A stretch of 64,000 nucleotides of DNA from a virus, in IMG/VR virus record IMGVR_UViG_3300028581_000018, positions 1 through 64,000 of that record. The stretch is one strand, 5' to 3'. Under the pieces are notes generated by a model. It saw nothing but the letters and a program-made list of their open reading frames with translations. It made no database searches and was not told the origin of the DNA. A program made the translations under genes and the position numbers. Positions 30,801 to 41,200 of the stretch are shown here, in pieces (the first letter of the stretch is position 1; each line of letters opens with the position of its first letter).

Positions 30801-32244
30801 GATTTTTATATTCAAGAGATTTAATAGGTTTACCTGATTTATAATCTTCATATTCCTTAAGACTTTCTTTAGTGTAAGGTTCATAAATACTATCACTTAA
30901 TTCAATAAATTCCCAATACATATCACTTTCCGATTTTTCAACATATATTGGATCATTTGCTTGTCCTGTTAAATCTTCATCACCATAAAAGTTAGTATAA
31001 TCACCTTCTTCTATTTTATTTTTAGTTAAATATTTCTTACTTCTACCCTTCTGAAATAAATCAGATTGAAATTCTAGTATTCTACGTGTTTTAGATTCAG
31101 TAGTACCTAGATCATTACTTCTAACAATTTTGACATCTTTACCTACTTCTTTTGGTTCTATTAAACCTGCTATTAAATCTTCTGTAGTTCCTATTCTATA
31201 TTCAGAAATTGTTTTACTTCCTGTTTTAGTGTCTATTTTTTCATCACTTCTAAACCAACCAATACCATTATCAGTAGCAAATTGAGCATGACCTTTAATA
31301 GAAGGTGTAATTAATGGAGTAGATATTTCTTGTTCTGTATAATTAGTACCACCGGGTACTGTCAGGTTAGAGTAAAAAGAAGAATTTTGTTTAGCCTCTT
31401 TATTTTTATATTCTTCAATAATTTCTATTTCTTCTTTTGTTGCTATTATTCTATCTTGATTTCTATCTTCTTTAAACCATCCATCTCTATAACTAAAATA
31501 AAAAGTTTCTCTTAAAGAAGGTACATATAAATCATCTAATTCTTGAACATCTACACCACCACTATTTACATTAGTTTTAGCAGTATTAATCTCAACACTA
31601 TAATTATATTTACTAGCTAATTCTAAAGCTATTTGTTCTCTATCTGTAATACCTAAATCTAATATAAGTTGTTTTTGCTCTTTAGGTATTTGAAGTTCTG
31701 TTAGTATTTTATTTAAATCCCAATTAGCTTTTTTACCTTTTTCAAATAATTGTTTACCACGTTCTGAATCTAATAAATCAATAGATTTTAAAACATAGTT
31801 AACCTGTTCTAAAGGTGGATCAAAAAATAGATCTTCAGGATAGGGTTGCGGAATATCTTCCTGATAAAAAGATGTAGTAGTAGATTGTTGTGCCAAAGAA
31901 ATATTTTCATCTAAACCCATTAGTTCATTGTTTACTTGATCTAATGACTTAATGCCTAGTTTTACCTCGTATGCTTTGATTAATTTATTCGGCGCCGTAA
32001 AGTTTATTACTACTTTATCTGGGGTTTCATTTACCGTGAACCAGTTGTTGGTAAAGGCCGCAGTTTTATAAGTATCTGTTGACCACTTTTCAACTATACT
32101 AGTTAGTTCTTCTAAAGAAAAATCTTTAGTATCAATAGATAACGTTGTTCCTTCTGGTTTGTATTTACCCGCAGTTTTTACAACTACATTAGTAATGGCA
32201 GATTGTACTGCACTATCTGTCAAGTTTCTAATTTTGCACGCCAT
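24847..32244 (-). CDS. giant virion/ejection protein with polyvalent-protein-like modules and zincin HExxH
   Basis: 2465 aa; HEFAH at 29896-29910; PGGTNY...GWFRSD...ILEFQSD module; helical C-terminal part with a hydrophobic segment. Confidence 0.75.
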   Translation of the reverse strand: MACKIRNLTDSAVQSAITNVVVKTAGKYKPEGTTLSIDTKDFSLEELTSIVEKWSTDTYKTAAFTNNWFTVNETPDKVVINFTAPNKLIKAYEVKLGIKSLDQVNNELMGLDENISLAQQSTTTSFYQEDIPQPYPEDLFFDPPLEQVNYVLKSIDLLDSERGKQLFEKGKKANWDLNKILTELQIPKEQKQLILDLGITDREQIALELASKYNYSVEINTAKTNVNSGGVDVQELDDLYVPSLRETFYFSYRDGWFKEDRNQDRIIATKEEIEIIEEYKNKEAKQNSSFYSNLTVPGGTNYTEQEISTPLITPSIKGHAQFATDNGIGWFRSDEKIDTKTGSKTISEYRIGTTEDLIAGLIEPKEVGKDVKIVRSNDLGTTESKTRRILEFQSDLFQKGRSKKYLTKNKIEEGDYTNFYGDEDLTGQANDPIYVEKSESDMYWEFIELSDSIYEPYTKESLKEYEDYKSGKPIKSLEYKNQFLQLLNKDNNWVTFFIKSIIQDSAKKGYEKVLFPSGNTASKVEGHATLEEFKKQKEDRIKDLESEKSYIEKEENSWVVRSYKNGFQNSFKDEKTALNLQEKNNKYFDNEINQLKQELERVETEGFAALKPIYNFYENTVINILKKLGYNPVLITDEYGNTWYEVIINTKRDSGRISFFKPDVRFTSINTLDQEVSIKLPSYDEQVEEFFQNAEDSYNPGATYSQEQSSSNFGNEAITTLMQVLSDNLGVPFKIVESSEEAAKILRDSGLEYNNEPAFFFNGKVYFVQNRINAEIVFHEFAHPLIQSIRISNPKLFNQLYDQLTSTPEGQAILERVQRLYDYTGDRLKEEVIVTAIGLEAEMSGTGKTVSKPYKTWLDKIMFHIKQFLRKLFGNKITVEKLSPNTSLKTLVDMMTGETFALNSEVFTTDEVAEFIKLEVEDQRLFVEAVERNGQEVINLIASAQVAAQEFEQLIKRSNDVELKKILDNDPVLKNIKSTVSQARQSVTAIVGDAIAKNQQASSVIYALMGYEQILNNINANVNAMQNLSATAVTPESIARILYYNDLAQYIDTEFISVLEEALNVPGTGLTTAATNRQALREVIDALRSSRSLINNIKSLHNEILEGQLTGFLTALTEDMNKNINAKFGDRFKEIAMKGGASEALVEKIKEKLLARQDLTPQEKSAISKGAENALNKVIKEYKGVDITPEKIRAELVGETSNMNWLNAYLEGYSASQSLISGPFFAYLKNKYAEVDAQAASISADMINELQPYLKNLSKNEILLLGKAVAFEDTVADLDDKGELVSRKVWSYLNQFQNYRYDLSQLEYTLAKANESKDQDAIRKAYMELRQFKRDYMWQKYDKSFYDVEYDVYDKNDVTRDALREKEILLNELKIERTPLQTEQDRFNSYSKIRALERQLKELSKLTYEDGTDKIDDPSRNIYDKTKALTHREYNERIKKFYEYNLIEGEFQRALQSFESSLIAEGLAQDEIDKRLNEWLDQNTRVEFSEQYFVDKQNAISALEYFISTKFPAGARNQRVVDIHRQISDLLILARDPSGQIDISVLSKETRTLIKDLQEEIIQIQKDQVNASGLSSNEWARYNYLSKKPSMFTPTESDEYAFLRDKLDSIGLNKTDKETYYRLLGDISELTSKKPTQDYIDTVNYWLSGKLGLDELDEEGAEKLTEKNTADYYMSLDGDFRDWFLDNHVVRENKDGEYYERVYIWNRIQPDEKYLKKTTVELSDGSKKTIDAVPGSRFYKRSVKKEFMTLKTDDWSKYVGVYIDNTNLSDNPNFLPRLYKPGDPNSAKDDRYMNKDFQNLDKNSDIAKILEIIKKYHLKTQSFVSTYGKLYLDLPRFGIEDNQELILRGEIKKKALRTWTQVKGLISKEAREEAPLFPETGEDVNYDTQRNMIRVNSLGEEQEYIPIGGLSRLEIDQVSLDVIRTTHKYLFSALRYKQLSEMDPLGRALRDFTSSEENALKDTKKVNRNIYRTKGITKFAKSRRQDLRALQISHLYDREFLGVQNNDFGNNPYLNKITKFFMKQVSFGFFALDLVSATKNWGGQIVQNVIESAGGKYISVYSLAVGSKMAHQQMVRMQGQRYEKGNPSLETQLLLNFDPGQSYFSQNFGKTQSRSFISDVTSLSFFMSPRKFLERQSVLELFFGMMHHKVITRTTSEGLVNIRYIDAWELDSAGKLKLKDGVDKKYDLGGSEYAKFKTLAQSVANKLYGAYSDIDLPMANKYYAYKVTTFLRRFFTEMFMNRFGFSTREGNVGGYRYNWAMSNVERGYYVEGFLALLRMFNVSNKYWQFMSKDEKYALRKITMELAILVVLYMMSTILFGYDPDDEERYRKLRAKSGDMFSDNFNIDWWLAQHTILFAKNVFAETSSFIPLPKLGLEDIRDNADLTSLVFGRSIGQMGTLAKDIFYMSIGSEKALYTRNVGPFPWQEKESYKIYNHLFNMMGVKGKFYDPVGRGIMPQESVEARK

Positions 32245-32263
32245 GGTACTAATATACTAAATA

Positions 32264-35200
32264 TTAAACTCTAAAACACGTCCCGTCTAGATCTAAACCT
32301 ATTAGATCTTCGCTAACAAGAGTTTCACCAGCAATACCTTCTTGGTTTTCAATAATCAAATCCATTACTCCAAATTTACTTGACCCGGGCACCGGTAAGT
32401 TAAATCTCTTATAAAGTTCACCATATAAGTACTCTGCAATAACTTTAGATCCCGCAATTTGTGGAGTGTTCTGTTTTAATATGTCATTTATCAAAAGAGA
32501 CATATCCATTACAACAGCATTTCTAGGATTGCTCAAAATCTCTTCAATTTGAGATAACTGCTCATTTATACGTTTCTTAGCATCTTCAATGCTGGGAGTG
32601 GTACCTTGAACTACAGGACTAGGTTGAGTAGTGCGTTGTTGAGAGGTTAATTTTGCAGGTGCCGTGGGCATACCTGGTGTTAGGTCTGCAGCTCTTCTGA
32701 ATGTAAGAGTAATAGTATAATTTTCTATAACAGTACCATTAGGTAAAGTAATAGGTGGAAACTTCTGATCTCTTTTTACGCCTTTAGGTGTGTCATGAGC
32801 TAGTTCAAATCTACCTTTACCATCCATACCAAAAGTATAAATAGTTCCATTTTGAGTAGGTATTTCTTTTCTAGAATCTGATCTAAAAGATGGTGAACCA
32901 GGATTATTTTTATCCTCATAAATTCCAATTCCACTATTATTACCTATAGTATATACTACAACTGGATAATTTCTAGCACTCAAACTTTCTGTGGTATCTC
33001 TATGTGTTGCTATGTTCTGACCAGGTAAATAAATATTACCAATTACAGCATCATAGTTAGACATATCTATACCTAGAGTATTCTGAATCTCCTCAATAAT
33101 AGGTTGTAGATTAGATACAGGAGCTAGCGGATTACCATTTTGATCAACTGTATCATATACATAGTTATCTTTTGCCTTAGCATCTGTAGTAGCTAATCCA
33201 GCATTTGCATAGCTCTTATTATTAAGAGGTGCTTTAGCTGTACTTTTTCTAGTCCAACGTAGTCCATACATGAACATGTCATTAGCTGTACCAGAAGCAT
33301 TTTCTTTATAAGCTTGTGCTCTAATCTGTGGTTGGATAATATCTATAAAATCTTGAGTCTTATCAACAGATGGTTTAGTTTCTGCTACTACTACACCATA
33401 AGGTTCTGATACTACTTGCTGATTAGTACTTACAGGAGCTTGGGTGGGTTGAGTAGTAGTTCTTAATTGTTCAACTACTTCAGCTAATGCTGTAGGATGC
33501 ATACCTTGACCTCTAGCTGCAGACTTACCTGCATACAACAATGTAGCACCATCTAGTTTACCTTGATTAATTTGATTTAAAATCCATTCTCTTTGTTTTT
33601 CATTTACATCTTGAAGCAAAGTATCCCTTAATTCCATTTCCTTGCCTGTAGTAGCCACAGAATACTCCATATAATCACTTATAGGTTCATCAACTCCTAA
33701 TAACCAATCTTTATAAGCTCTTACTGCTTCACTAATACCGGCAACTTTTATAGTACCTCCATAACCAGCCTCACTAAAAGGATTACCAAAATGCTCATTA
33801 GGTTTAGCAGCTTCAGTGCGCATAGTATTAACCAACTTTGGATTATTTTTATCATAAACTTCCGCAGTTTTTAAATCACCTTTCCATTCTCTTGATGTAT
33901 CTATTGTAGGTTTAACACTAGTAGATGGTTGAGTAGTTTCTTTTACTTTAATTCTTGAAGTAGCACCTGTATGATAAACAGCAAACTTAGCACCTATTTC
34001 TTGCAAATAATCAATAAACTGAGAATCTACATTAGGCATGTCTCCTACTACAAACTCCATATTAAAATCATCATGATAAAACTTTATCATATCTTTAGTT
34101 TCTTGAAGTAAAGGTTTACCTTTTAAGGAACCATTTCTTGCAAGCATGACTGCTTTACCAGGGTCTGCCAGGTTTTTAGTACTTCTAGCAACTGTCTGTT
34201 CTTTTGTACCTTTTTGTTCTATTATACTTCCTGTTTTTAAAGAAGTTAAAGAAGAACTTGGATTAGTATTAGATACTTCAACAACAAAACTATCAGCAAC
34301 TGCTCTCATTGCTTTATCTTTACCATCACCTTCAGGAGTACCTTTACCAGTATTTTCAAAATCTCCTTTATATCCTTGGAATCCTCCAATACTAGTAGAT
34401 GGTTGAGTAGTGCGTTGTACACTAGAAATACCAGCATTAGCAAGCATCTCTTTAATCTTAGGTAAATTTTCTCTAGTATAATCTTTTCTTACTGTACCTT
34501 GTCTACCAAGATTTACATTTTCTGAAGGTATTACAAGTTTAATATTAGGACTAGCTTGTACTGTTTTAATAAGCAATGGTAAAATTTCTTCTATAGAACC
34601 TTCACCATGACCTAAACCCGCTAAAGGAAGTAAATAAGTTTTAGTTGGGTTTTCTTTAGAAACTTTAATCAAACTTCTTAAACTTTCTTTAAGTAACTCC
34701 ATGTTATTATTCATAGACATGTCATCACTCCATTTTTTCTTAACAGGTAACTGTACTACATCATCAGTAGCTTTAAAATTACCTTCACCTTGTTTAACCA
34801 AACCTTTAGCTTTAGCTGCTTGAGCAAGACCAGCACCATGTACACCACCTAAATTAGTAGTAATAACTGGGATACCAGGTAATGCAAAAATATCACCTTC
34901 TAATACTTTATCATTACTTACAGGAGCTTTGGTGGATTGAGTAGGTTGACCACCTTCTATAAAACCATCACCTACTTCTTTAAAACCAATACTAATTGGA
35001 AGATACTTGGCACGGGTAGTAGTATTTCTTAAATATGGAGACCTTGCTGCTTCAGTTTTATCTAGAGTGGTTGGATATACTACATATACCCCACCCGTTT
35101 GATCTTGCTTAATAACAAGGTCGTAGTAATCATATGGCTTAGAATAACCATATTGTTCGTTGGTAAAGAGCAGATTTCTAAAGTTTTTAGATGGTACATA

Positions 35201-38200
35201 ATTTGATCGTATTGTCTCCCCGCCAGGTAATCTATAACTAAATGCACCAGGAACAAGCTCGCTTCGGTCAATTTTTACAGGTGCCAAGCTGTATTGTCTA
35301 ACAGGAACTGTTGTTTTTCTAGTTTGACCAGAAATAAAACCTTCAGCAAAGTTCAATAATGATTGTTCTGAAAAATTAAAACCTGAAATAGCATCTTGAA
35401 TTGTAGCGTTTACTTCAGACAAATCAACTAGGTTTACTAAATTAGAAACATTTTTACTAAAACCATTTTGTAAAAATGCAATCTGGGGCAGCATAGTAAA
35501 TACATAGTTTATAAGCTTAATATTACTATCTGACAAGTTTGGCATTCTGTTTTTTACCGCCGTAAAATCTTTTAGTTGTTTTAACTGAGAATGGTATGAC
35601 GTTGCAGTAATCTCATCAATAGATTTTCCTATAAAGTCTAATATTACATATCCTGGATATTTTTTAGAATTAGTAAGAAAATAAGATAATACAGGAAACT
35701 GCTCTGTTAGTTCTTCTGAAAAATCTTTCTTTAAAATGTTTCTATAGAACACATTTGCAAATGATGATCCAGGATCTTGAAATAACTTATAGAGATTAAA
35801 GCTGTTAATATACGCCCTGTTTTCTTTTTGAACATCTGTACTATTTGGTTGAGTAAGTTCAACAATCGCGCGCTCTATCAAGAACCTAGTATACTCATGT
35901 ATTGTTGGGAACTCCTTGTTGCGAAAATCATTAGATAAGCTTTCATACTTTCTTTGTATCTCACTAGCACTTATATAGATTTTATCTTTAGTGAGGTAAA
36001 CACCTTTTTTTAAATAATCTACATACTGAACAGGTACTGTTTCTGATACACCAAATCCTTTGTAAGAATCAGATACACCAAGTCTAAAACCACGAACAGC
36101 ATTTTGGTATAATGCTAGAACAAGTTCATCTCTAAATGCAGCATCTAACAACTCCGTGCCGGTAGCTTTATTTGATGTTTGGCTATTTGATAATCTTCTA
36201 TAACCTTCTTGTAAAGAGTTAAACTCAGTGTTATCCGTTTCAATTTTACCACTAAGTTTATTTATAAAGTTATCAATGCGCGCATCAAACCTAAAAGGTA
36301 ATACTGATTTTGTTAAGGCTATAGAAAAGTCTCCAATAAAGAAGCTACCAATCATAGACTTTTCAGAGTTTTGAATAGCGTCAACTAAAGATCTATCAAT
36401 ACGACCATCGTAAAGCAGCTCATTTAATGATGCTTCACGTTCTCTGGTTGATAGATAAGAGTTTTCTCTTGTGGTGTCTACATTTGTTGCCCGGCTAAAC
36501 TTTGTAAATGCTTCAGATATATTTGATATCTCAATAAAATGTCTTAAAACTTTTTCTTGATACTCTTTATCTACTTTAGTAGGTATAAGTTGATCTTTAA
36601 GATCATTTAGTTGAAACTCTTCTTCATTATTTAATGAGTTTAATATGATTACATTCTTATTTTTATTGTTTAAAAGTATTTTATAAGCCTCACTTGCACC
36701 TCTTTCTTTCTTTAATGCTATGAACCTTCTAACAAGTGGTTGTGATACAAAGTAAACAGCATGTTCAACTGGTACTCCTGCCATTAACATATACATTAAT
36801 ACAGGAGTAATCTCTTTGTTACCTTGTATATAGAAGATCCATGGGTTTGCGCCAACGTCAACCCAACCATTAATCATCTGACTAAAAATATCAGATATTC
36901 TTACAAGCGGTGCTTTTTTATCTGTTCTATAACTATAAGTGTTATGTAAAGATATGTTACCCTCTTTTGTTACATTTTTTGGCAACAGCATCCTTATTGG
37001 TACAGTATAATCCTCCTTATTATTTCCACTACCTGTGGATATAACATATTCTTTTGGACTAACACCTTTCAAACTATTCAATAGAATATTATAGGTGGTC
37101 ATAATTGCACCAATACCTAAAGCATCCATGGCTGTCATGTATGCTTCATACTTAGACAAGTTGTAATCAGACTCAAATAATCTAGTAGGGCTTATTACAC
37201 CAGTAGATTCTCCAGAAAAATTTAATAATGGATCATAAGTCTGTGTGAGCCTTTTTAATTTATCAGCAAGATCATCAAAGATATCTGTGCTGTTAGGTGT
37301 TATTAATGACTCATAGTTTTGAGGACTTAATATAATTTCAAGAGATGTTTCTAGTAAATCTGTTTGTAGGGCGCCGACATAATTGTTCTCAACATCTAAT
37401 ACATAAATAATCTCTTTTAGATCTTCAATACTTTCTTCTATTTCTTTATTTAACTGATTTTTATCTTGAAAAGCATTTTTTAGTTCTTTATCTAAGTTAC
37501 CTGATTCATCTTTGAATCTATCAAATTCTTTTATTTGATCAAATAACCTTTTACTAAACTTTTCTAAGATACTCCTAGATGTGTCTTTAGTTAAAATCTT
37601 AGAGGATATGCGAAGAGCTTTAATTATATCCCCGTCAGTATAATCTGGTTTAGAAAGTACTTTTTGTAATGGACTTGGTAAAAATTGAAGCTGTCCGTTT
37701 TCACGATTATCATTAATTATTTTATTAATTTCTTCAATAATAAGCTTTCTACGAACTTTAGCATACTCGAGATTGCGTATGATATTAGAGATTGTCTCTT
37801 TGTTAACTTTCTTATCTGCTTTAAGATCTTTAATTAACATTTTAACTCTTTCTATAACATCTTTCTTATCAAGATTATTTTCTTTTTCAAGTCTTGATAG
37901 TTCATCTAAAAGATCTTGTCTTGTTTTATACTTCTTAGCAGATATTATCTTACCATTTTTATTTATTCTAGGAAATAGTGATGGTAGTTTATCAAAGTCA
38001 AAGTCACCACCAGATTTACCAACAATCTCTGAAGGCAACACAATAATGTTACCCGTGCCAATTGGCAAAAACTCATATACTTCTAATGCATCAATTGAAC
38101 CTTGACCCTGCACAGGTATCCTTACACCAAGAATACTAATTGCCTGGCGGTTGTCATCTTGATGTAACCATTTATCATTTTTGATTAACTGGTTTAGCTT

Positions 38201-41200
38201 AACCCGGCTAGCCTCAATATCAAGTACTCTCTTTTTTGTACCATCTTCTTCTTCAACGATATCATATACAGCAATTATATTACCATTAAGATCTTTACGC
38301 TGAAAAAGATTTATGAAGTCTCCATGTAAGGTAATAGCTACTTTAGCAGCTTGAATCTTTTTAGGATTGTATTTATAAAAGGGTAAAAACTCATTAGTAC
38401 CTAACCATTTCTTTCTTTCACTCTCATTAGCTTTTCTCCAAAATGATCCAGGTACTTGTACCAGTCCTTCACCATATGACTTTTGCTTTATAAGGCGCCG
38501 GCTGATTGTAGAAAACATGATTGCTTCTATAGTCTGGGCATTAGGTAAAGCTGATAAATCATTAGTTAGATTACCATTAGCATCTACAGAAATCTGTTTT
38601 ACTATATGCTCTGGTAAATTTTTCTTTCTCAGTTGAGTTTGTAAAAAAGCAGCAAGTCTTTCTACTGGGCCAGAGTATGTATTACCTTCTTTTACCCAAC
38701 CTATTTCATCTAAGAAATCTTTTTCAAGATTTTTAGTAACCTCATCTACAAGTCTTAAATAGTCTTTTTCAAGTTCTTTTTTGTCCTCTATAATTATACC
38801 ATTTAAGTACAAGTTCTCAACGATAAGCTTCCTCATCTGCGTAGCAAATGTTTGACCCGCTTTCCAAACATTAGTATTGCTGGTAACCTCTTTTAAGTAC
38901 GCTAAGTTTACAGGGTTAACGGTAAACTCTGTAGACATATTTATCTTATTACGATCACCATTCTCGTAAAGATCAGTAGGATTACCAAGATTAGAAATCT
39001 TTGAACCACTAGGATAAGTAATATAATCTATATTATTGATAATCATAAGATTATGAATATCATTTAATAAAGAATCTTCATGTACATTTGGTAGTAATGG
39101 TGATATACTAAACTTGTGTAATGCAGTAATAGGGGCATCTGTCTGAAGATTACCGTACATTTGTAACTTGTAAGTTGGAAAAAATACTTTAGCGTCATTA
39201 GCATCAAGCTTTTCACCATTTACAATCTTTTGGTATAGTGCTTCTTGTTCTGGTAACCAGTTGTTTTGTGCAATTTTAAGGTGTCGGTATGTATCAATAG
39301 TCATATAAGCATGACCATCACCAATTTTCATTTCTTTACCATAAGCTTTCTCAAGAGATTCAACAACTTCTTGTCTAACAGCTTTTTGACTTCTCTTTTC
39401 TCTCGCGGCTTTAAGTTTAACAACAGCTTCAATCATTTCATTAAGACTAACAGATCTTAAGCCTGTATCTTCCTGAATAATTGCTGTATTTAAAATACTA
39501 GTTGTCTCTTTTACAACCCCATCTGGTCTAAGTTCAGACATTACCTTTTCACTGTAAACTTTGGGGTATGCTTTATTAATAGCTTGTAGTACCCATTCAT
39601 CAGAAATAAAACCTGGGCCACCAGAACCAGCACCAGCATTATACTTTGTACCAGCTTCTTTTTTGTGATTGTATTGAGCCATATCACCATAAAAGAAATT
39701 GTTCATTTCAAAACGGTGAATAAAGTAGTTTACTGTATATGCTCTAACTAACGTTTTGTTTAACTCAGCATCCTTTACATTTAAATTAAACTTTCTTAGT
39801 TCTGTTTCATCTACAGGAACAAGTGGAGCTGATTGATCGTATCTATTCTGATTTTGCTTATTAACTTCTGTAAAGTAATATTTTAGATCTTCTTTAATAG
39901 CATCAATGTTTTTCCTTACAGATTCATCAGATGTTAAACCCTTCTCAATGTCTGCGTATAGAGCACCTTTTGTCTTAGGACTTAATATATCATCAAATGC
40001 TGTAAACTTTTCACCGGCGCCATCTTTATTCAACGCTTGGTTTTGTTTGTATGTCTCATTTGTCTTAAACAAAACAATTCTTTCATACTCCGCTTTGATA
40101 TATCTTTGAAGTAATCTAAGAGCATCATCTGGTAAAAGAGTATTCTCAAATAGTTTAGGTTGTAAGTATAATTCAGCAGAACCATTTTTATCTGTTATCA
40201 TAGGAACATAAACACTAGATTTACTTTCGTGAACTAGTGTTGGCATATATCCGTGTAGGATAAAAGAATAAAAGTCAGTTATGAACTTTTGATTTATTGT
40301 TAAATCTGTAGCTGAACTAGCATTTTCTATGTTATCATATTCATCAAGCTGTTGATAACCAACATGAAACATTAACTCTAACTTATTAAGATTGTTTCTG
40401 GATTCATCTTCGTAAAAAAGTTTTTCTCGTATGATACTGTACTTGAAAAATGGATTTAGTTCTTCAGAAAACTCTACGTTAAAGCCAGATGCATCTAATA
40501 AGTTAATGCTCTCATTTAGATACATGATCTTTCGAGTCATTGAGTTATGCAGAGAAATACTACTTACCAGATCACCATTAGCATTTAGAATAATGCTATC
40601 GTTAAAAAGAGGATTATACTTAATCTCTATCTGGGCAATTTTTCTAAGAATAGTTCTTTGATTACTTATTTTAGAATCAGTACTTCTCTCAATAAATGCT
40701 TGTAGAGGATTACTTTTTAGTTTTTTGTTATTAGGATTAATGCGAATATCATCGAGCATTTTATTAGCAGCAGATAATAACTCATTAAGAGTAATTCCAC
40801 TTTTTTGTGCTTGAATTACTTCTTTAGTAGTTTTTGTAAGCTGTACACCGAGCCTTTCAAAAAACTCAAAAGCTTCCTCAAAAGTGTTTACTCTGTTTGG
40901 TAAGTTGTTTGTGTTTAATACTGCTTCGTTATTAACGCGGGGTGCCACGTTAACAAAAATATTCTGCCATCTTCTATAAACATTTCCTACACTATTAGTA
41001 GCTTTACCAGAAGTGAAAGTTTGTTTAGTATCTGTTGTATTTTCATCAACCAGAACGTTACTTTTTGTATTAATTAATGCTTCTACTGATGCTTTATCAA
41101 AGGCTGAATGAAAATTTAATAGCACCTCTAACAAAATCCTTACTCTATTTCCTGTAATATCTTGAGCTAAAGCTCTATTGGTTGTATGCTCTTTAGGTAA

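Noticed and set aside
32622-34944. Dispersed repeats as a CRISPR array
   Set aside because: Spacing is 460-800 bp, the repeats are in frame inside a CDS, and no cas genes are present
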